From assembly GCF_001194135.2 (NCBI RefSeq), contig NC_068984.1, positions 86,550,721 through 86,591,682 of the forward strand: a DNA stretch of 40,962 nt, written 5' to 3'. Under the pieces are notes generated by a model. It ran no database searches, was not told where the DNA came from, and saw only the letters and a program-made list of their open reading frames with translations. The position numbers and the translations under genes were made by a program. Origin of the DNA: Octopus bimaculoides (lineage: Eukaryota). Shown piece by piece: positions 34,200 to 40,962 of this stretch (positions are counted from its first letter, which is position 1; each line of letters begins with the position of its first letter).

Positions 34200-35904
34200 C
34201 TGAAGTAATTTCAAAAGAATTCAGAATGAAGTTCCTACATGCATATTGTGTAATTCTCATTGAAAAATAACTCAATTATGCTTTGGTTTGAGGGTGAATA
34301 TGATGAAATATTTAGTTGATAGAGAAATGACTCAGTCTTTAACATTTTGTTGAAATATAGTTTTACATTCAATAATGAAGAATATAGTAAAATAACTTTG
34401 TTATTAAGCTGATGTTTTGGGACAAATTAACCTGAAATTTTGATGGGAAATTTTTATTTAGATCACTTTAAAACAAGAAGTTTATATCAGAACTAAGGTG
34501 GGTTTCATACATATTGCTATCAAAAAAGTTAAGGAGTGAATATGCTGGGAACCAACATTTTTATTTCACAGGTGATGAAATGACTAATGAAGAAAGGTCG
34601 GTTAAAGTAAAAAAGAAAACAGACATTTTTTTACAAACAAACTTGGAAGTCAACAACTGTTTTTGGTTTACAAATTATATTTTGGTTGTTACTGGACAAG
34701 AGTAATAAGTGATTGGGAAATTTTAGAGCTTGTTGTCCCTTTATTGGAAAAAGAATCCCTCTCCATTCAAAAACCTAACTGCTCTGTTTGTATATAACTT
34801 TTAGAATTCTGTATCATTGTAATTAGATGGACTATGAAGGAATGTGTTGAGTGTTAATTAGGGTTTGTGAAAAATTAATCTGAGATAATCTGAGCAAAAA
34901 CAGTTATGAAAATGAGAGGATATTAGAAACATTGTTATTATGAGAGAAAGATTACTTTGTTGGTCTAAATTCATCTCGAATGAAAAAATGTCACAGGTTT
35001 GTAATAATAAAATTAGGTTATTTTTGTTTTACTTTTTGTATTTTTTTTTTTTTTTTCAAATACAGTGTCTTTTCTCTGTGTTTTATTTGTTTCTTATCAT
35101 CATTTTATCTTTCTGTGGTGACATAGAGGTTGGAATTATGGTCTGTGTTATTTAGAACTACTACCCACCTAGACAGGTCAGAGGATTTATATTTTACTCA
35201 TACATTTCAATGACTTGCATAAAGTGCTCCTATTACAGACCATCATGAGAAGGATGGTAGTTTTCTACTATAATCTTTCTCAATGGCTTCACCAGCCTGA
35301 ATAGTGCATCCTCAATTATGAACTACTTAATTCCATTCCTAAGAACTTTCTATTCTCTTCTTTGTAAATAATTTATCATATCTTTTTTAAGGCAACTTTT
35401 TTCATAATTTTATACACAGCTAGTGAAATAAATTTAAAAATTCATTTTTGGCTTAGTTTCTATGAGTGAATGCCCTTCCTATCACCATCTACTTTACAGA
35501 GTTCAGGGTAGTGGAAGGATTTTGCTTTTTGAACTAACACCAAAGAAGTTGCCATGTCTTTGGACAAGATAAAAGGATCTTCTCCATCTTATGTGTTTCC
35601 ACTCATTCATGAAACAGTTTACAGAGTGTAGTGAAGGCATTTTATCATGGCACCAGCATTAGTGAGGCTGCCTTGTATTCAGTGAGACTAGAGAGCCCTC
35701 GATATTATAAATGCTTGTCCTCAAGGGGAATGAAAAGATGATAGATGACGGAAGAACCAGAATAGGTAGGTGAGGGTATGATGATATAAAACTGATTGCA
35801 GAGAAAGTGATGGAAACAGAGTTGGAGGGGGACATTGGTAGAAGTAAGTGACTGACATTAACAGCAAGTGGCTCCAGGGAAAGGGAATATTGAGGTTGAG
35901 TGTA

Positions 35905-36280
35905 TCTTTTGTCTTTTACTTGTTTCAGTCATTGTGGCCATACTGGGACACCACCTTGAAGGGTTTTAGTCCAGTGAATCAACTCCAGTATTTTTTTTCT
36001 TTGGAGTCTAGTACTTATTTTGTTGCTCTTTCATGCTGAACTGCTAAGTTATGGAGACATAAACTAACACCAGTTATCAAGCAGTGGTGAGGGACAAAGA
36101 CACACACACACAGCTATGAACATACACATTTTTTCAGTTTCTGTCTACCAAATCCACTTACAAGGCTTTGGGCAGCCTAGGGCTATAGTAGAAGACAACT
36201 TTCCCAAGATGCTACACTGTTGGACTGAACCTGGAACTATGTGCTTGGGAAGCAAGCTTTTTATCAAACAGCTATACTTG
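35905..36280 (-). mobile_element. SINE family A copy
   Basis: Reverse complement of tail, (ca)n and head. Confidence 0.7.
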
Positions 36281-36624
36281 TACTGAGTATTTCTGCAAAG
36301 TGTCTTGTAAAATTTAGTAAACTAAATTATCATATTTCTTCATGTATAATATTTTCTCTCCAGATTTTTAAACGCCAATATTAGGGAGGACTAAATTTTC
36401 CCATTTGTTTATTCAGTCAAATCTTGCCATATTTGGATTGGCATGACTGGCAGTAAGTTACTTATAACTATTGTCCAACTAACTGATGTGTATGCAACAA
36501 AGTTAGAATTCTATAACAATATTTTTCTATAATAGTGGTATATATAAAATGTTGGGCACAACTGAAAAAACATTTTCTGTGGAATTACTGCTATCAACAT
36601 TCAGAACAAAAAAACTTTTTTATA

Positions 36625-36775
36625 GAGTGTGTGGTAAGAAGCTTGCTTCCCAACCATATGGTTGTGGGTTCAGTCCCACTGCATGGTACCTTGGGCTGAC
36701 CAAAGCTAGTTTTGTGAGTTGATTTTGTAAGCTGAGGATGTAAACTAAAAGAAGCCTGTTGTATGTATGTGTATA
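36625..36775 (+). mobile_element. SINE family A head
   Basis: gtgtgtggtaagaagcttgcttcccaaccatatgg...gggttcagtcccactgc. Confidence 0.7.
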
Positions 36776-36784
36776 TATATATAT

Positions 36785-37886
36785 ATCATCGTCATTTAAC
36801 ATCCGCTTTCCATGCTAGCATAGGTTGGACGATTTGACTGAGGACTGGCAAGCCAGCAGGCTGCACCAGGCTCCAATCTGATCTGGCAGAGTTTCTACAG
36901 TTGGATGCCCTNNNNNNNNNNAGCAGGCTGCACCAGGCTCCAATCTGATCTGGCAGAGTTTCTACAGTTGGATGCCCTTCCTAATGCCAACCACTCCGAG
37001 AATGTAGTAGGTGCTTTTACGTGCCACCCACACGAGGGCCAGTCACACGGTACTGGCAACAGCCACGTTCAAAAAGGTGTTTTTTACATGCTACCTGCAT
37101 GGGAGCCAGTCCAGCGGCACTGGCAATGAAATCACTCAAATGATTTTCTAATGTGCCACCAGCACAAGTGCTAGAAGGCAACGCTGGTAACGATCACACT
37201 CAAATGGTGCTATTTACGGGCCATTAGCACGGAAGCCAGACAGCTACTCTGGCAATGAACACGCTCGGACAGTGCTGTTAGTGCTCCACCGGCACATGTG
37301 CCAGTCATTGAGTATGGTTCAATTACGATTTCGATTTCACTTGCCCCAACAGGTCTTCGCAAGTAGAGTTTAGTGTCCAATGAAGGAGAGGTTGGCATAG
37401 GTGCCATTCATCGGATTCAGTTCGATTTCGACTTCAGATTTCAAATTTCAAATTGCAAATTCACTTGCCTCAACAGGTCTTCGCAAGCAGAGTTTTTAGT
37501 GTCCAATGAAGTAAAGATACGAATAAGTGAGCTGGCTACACTTCTGGCAGAGGTCACAGATTATGCTCTCACTTGCCTTGCCGGGTCTTCTCACGTACTG
37601 CATATTTTCAAAGGTCCCGGTCTCTGGTCATTGCCTCTGTGAGGCCTAAAGTTCGAAGGTCGTGCTTCACCACCTCATCCCAGGTCTTCCTGGGTCTACC
37701 TCTTTCACAGGTTCCCTCAACTGCTAGGGTGTGGCACTTTTTCACACAGCTATCCTCATCCATTCTTGCCACATGTCCATACCAGCGCAATCATCTCTCC
37801 TGCACACCACAATTGATGCTTCTTAGGTCTAACTTTTCTCTCAAGGTACTTACATTCTGACGAGTATGCACACTGACATTACACAT
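36785..37886 (-). mobile_element. RTE-clade LINE 3' end (RT C-terminus, long 3'UTR, (GAT)n tail)
   Basis: Minus-strand LLRWMCNVSVHTRQNVSTLREKLDLRSI...LRWYGHVARMDEDSCVKKCHTLAVEGTCERGRPRKTWDEVVKHDL is the typical RTE C-terminus. It is contiguous with a repeat-rich UTR ending ...ccaacctatgctagcatggaaagcggatgttaaatgacgatga. Confidence 0.85.
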
Positions 37887-38262
37887 CCATCGGAGCAGTC
37901 ACCCAGCAGTAAATCAAAATTCCTTAAATACTATCTGCAATTTTGTATTGACTTAAATGGAAAAATGTATTTCTCAAGGACTTCAGTTTGAGCAATTTTC
38001 ATGATGTTTCATATTTAGTTGCTTTTATTAAATTCATTCAGTTGTTAAACGTGAATAAATCTTGAAATTAAATGGTTTTGATTTACTGCCAGGTGACTTT
38101 TGGCCAACCCTGTGTATATAAGAACAGATAGATTGTGGTTCACTACATCTGTTTCAGACGTGTTTTTTATTTTGTTTTGTTTTTTTATGAACATCATGCA
38201 AAAAAAAAAGGTCGTTTTCATCAGGTGAATACAGGTAAGAATTAATAATTAGAACTTCTCAG

Positions 38263-38553
38263 GAACAAGCACATAGTACCAGATGACTCAGCCGACCCAA
38301 ATTTGGTCAGAGAGACTTCTGTTCATCACTAAAAAACATGTCTGAAACAGCTATAGTGAACCACAATCCATCTGTTGCTATTGTTTATTCTTCACCTAAC
38401 TCAGAACCTGCAGTTCATTTGGATCTGGAGTCTACAAATGGCAGTGCAATAGGTGCAGTGAGTATACCTATGTGTGACCTTGATGACTTGTGTATTCAGT
38501 CTGTCGTTTGTGAATGTACGCATAACTGCAGAACAAATCCGTGTTTACTTTAG
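38263..38553 (+). CDS. Coding-like segment (possible exon 38311-38458 or frameshifted relic)
   Basis: ORF 38338-38553 has coding-like codon usage and an internal donor gca|gtgagt. An adjacent-frame stretch NKHIVPDDSADPNLVRETSVHH* follows an acceptor at 38261-38262. Confidence 0.3.
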
Positions 38554-38649
38554 TGAATATGTATTTGTTGTTATACATTGTACACAGCAGTGCCATCGCT
38601 GACCCAACCATCATGATTTCACGATACATCATTCTCTGAAATCTTAGAA

Positions 38650-38870
38650 ATATCTTTTGTATATGTGTGTGTGACTGTGTTTGTCCCCACCTCTACATCT
38701 TGACAACCAGTGTTTGAATGTTTACATCTCCCATAAATTAGAGGTTTGGTAAAAGAGACCAATGAAATAAGTACCAGGCTAAAAAAAGTACTTCAGTCAA
38801 TTCATTTAACTAAAAATTCTTCAAGGTAGCATGGCCATAGTCTAAGAACTAAAACAAGTGAAAGATAAAA
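38650..38870 (+). mobile_element. SINE family A tail fragment
   Basis: tttgtcccc...ttgacaaccagtg...aataagtaccaggct...catggcc...aaacaagtgaaaga. Confidence 0.55.
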
Positions 38871-40353
38871 GCTAAGGTACCTTTTATTATCTGAGTGTAA
38901 ACATAAAATGAAATACTTGTTTTTATGCATTTCAATTAGAATGTAAATAAAATGTAAAAATTAAATCTCTGCATAATAATCTTTTCTACTATGGTAAAAG
39001 CCTAAAAATCTCTCCATAATAATAATAGCTGATAGAAATATTGGTTGATTGGTTGGTTGGTTAATTCTCCAGTCATATTTACATCATATTGAGAGACTAA
39101 GAAATAGTTTCAGAAAGAGTGAACGTAAGAGGAGCAGGATTAGCACACATTCTAGGCTTAGTGGCAAACCTAGAATAAAAAATGACTGCTATACATATAC
39201 ATACACAGAATAAGAGAAAAAGAATCGGAGACAGAGGAGTAAAAGGTATGTATGTGTATATATGTTTATATACATATGTGTGTGTGTGTGTATATATATA
39301 TATGTTGCAGCTAAGGATAAAATTTCAAATAAAATATTTAGATCTAGAAAATATTAGCTTTTATTAAAACTGAAAATTTTATTACAAGTTATTACTTCTC
39401 TTTGTAATTACTTGTCACTTCAATTAAAAATAACTCAAAATATTTTTTGCACTTTAAAAAATTTATTTTTTTTAATTATCAATTAATAATTAGAAATTTG
39501 AAAATAAGTTATAAAAGATAGTAGTAGTACATAATTAGTACAATAAATAGAATATTACAAAAATTAGTTATATATTACAGTAAAATCTACCTATAACAAC
39601 AACTTCACAGTAAAATTTGCTTAAGTTATTGCCAAGTCTTCACATTTTTAGTCTTGAGCCAATGCCTATTTTTTACATAATGAATTTGCCTACCATATAT
39701 ACTATGCTACTTTGCATAAAACTTTAGCTATATTGGTACTTCTGGATTTCATTTCTTAAGTATTCTAGTGTGTCAATATTTTAACAAAATGATGGTACCT
39801 TTTTTAATTATAATGTTACTTTGTAAATTAAAATCAAATAGTTTTTGATATTCAAATTCTATCCTCAGCTGCAATATTTTAAGTAAAAATTTTCTTGTTC
39901 TGTACTTTACCAGATGTAATAAATTGTCCTGAACTTTTCCAAGTGTAATAACTTGCCCTGTACATTTCCAGGATTATAATCTTAAGAATATTATTTCTCT
40001 TGCTCGCATTTTTTCATGTAATCTATGTTTTATCCAGGCTATGCTATTATGTTAATTAATAATGTGTCAATTAATAATTTAAGATTTTACCTTATTGAAA
40101 ATTGAATAATAAATTTANNNNNNNNNNNNNNNNNNNNNNNNNNNNNNNNNNNNNNNNNNNNNNNNNNNNNNNNNNNNNNNNNNNNNNNNNNNNNNNNNNN
40201 NNNNNNNNNNNNNNNNNNNNNNNNNNNNNNNNNNNNNNNNNNNNNNNNNNNNNNNNNNNNNNNNNNNNNNNNNNNNNNNNNNNNNNNNNNNNNNNNNNNN
40301 NNNNNNNNNNNNNNNNNNNNNNNNNNNNNNNNNNNNNNNAGCGTCCATTTTTT

Positions 40354-40962
40354 AAATTTATTTTTCCTCGCATCTTTTTTGAGTGAGTGTGTGAGTGATT
40401 AACAGAGAGAGAGAGAGAGAAAGTATGTGTGACAGGGAGAGAGTGATAGTGTAAACTTTATTTATTTACTTTTTCTCACATCTTTTTTTTAGTGTGTGTT
40501 TAACTGAGAGAGAGAGAGAGAGGTGTGTTTGCTCTGTGTGTATGAGAGAGAAAAAGGAAGAGTGATAGTGTAAATTTTTGTATTTATTTAGTTTTCTTGC
40601 ATCTTTTTTTAGTGAGTGTGTGAGTGATTGACTGAGAGAGAGAAAGAGGTGTTGTTATGTATGTGTAAAATGGCTAGGGTCAGTCACACAAACAGATATG
40701 TACACTCATTATCTGTTGTATACACGTACATGCATAAATACATATGCATACATGTCTTTTAATGTGTGCGTGTGAGGAAGAGAGGAAAAGTCAATCACTG
40801 AGTGAAGGTGTGTGTTCTCATGACAATTTTTTTTTTTTTTTGCATGTATGTATAAGTAGCTAAGTAAAATTTACGCTCTCTCTCTCTCTCTCTCTCACAC
40901 ACAGCAACGTTCTCAGTCAATCACTCACACATTCACTGAAAAAGATGAGAAAAATAAATTTT
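40354..40962. repeat. Foldback-like repeat: ~3 tandem ~110-120-bp units plus an inverted copy
   Basis: Units at ~40354, ~40470, ~40590 (catcttttttagtgagtgtgtgagtgatt-(ga)n...gagtgatagtgtaaa). 40870-40962 is the reverse complement of the unit start. Confidence 0.65.

Noticed and set aside
36855-36978. 57-nt exact direct repeat flanking a 10-N gap
   Set aside because: Unmerged contig overlap, an assembly artefact.
2170-39305. Numerous short ORFs made of YI/VC/HT repeats
   Set aside because: Translations of (TA)n/(CA)n microsatellites or SINE sequence.

Overview
AT-rich, repeat-dense animal genomic DNA with four N-gaps. The repeat spectrum suggests an octopus (inference from recalled repeat sequences; no search run). 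The only unambiguous gene is a 5.18-kb single-exon ORF on + (23532-28712, 1726 aa). It encodes a mostly low-complexity, basic, probably nuclear protein with three AT-hooks, a Cys-rich folded-looking island and a C-terminal coiled coil; I cannot assign an orthologue. An in-frame TGA just upstream in the same exon makes 23532 the start, so upstream exons (candidates 17343-17412, 20718-20771, 20911-20947) should be 5'UTR, and they carry uORFs including a possible 64-codon overlapping uORF. A CpG-enriched, promoter-like region lies at about 2.8-3.9 kb, with a candidate 3-exon 33-aa hydrophobic micropeptide. The rest is mostly relics: a mariner with TIRs, a pogo/DDE_1 transposase, an RTE LINE 3' end with truncated copies, tRNA-derived SINEs, piggyBac-type TTAA MITEs, a Penelope-type minimal hammerhead ribozyme interrupted at its cleavage site, and a foldback-like repeat. 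Small-exon models were read by eye from splice signals and phase; they are hypotheses. SINE and relic boundaries are approximate.
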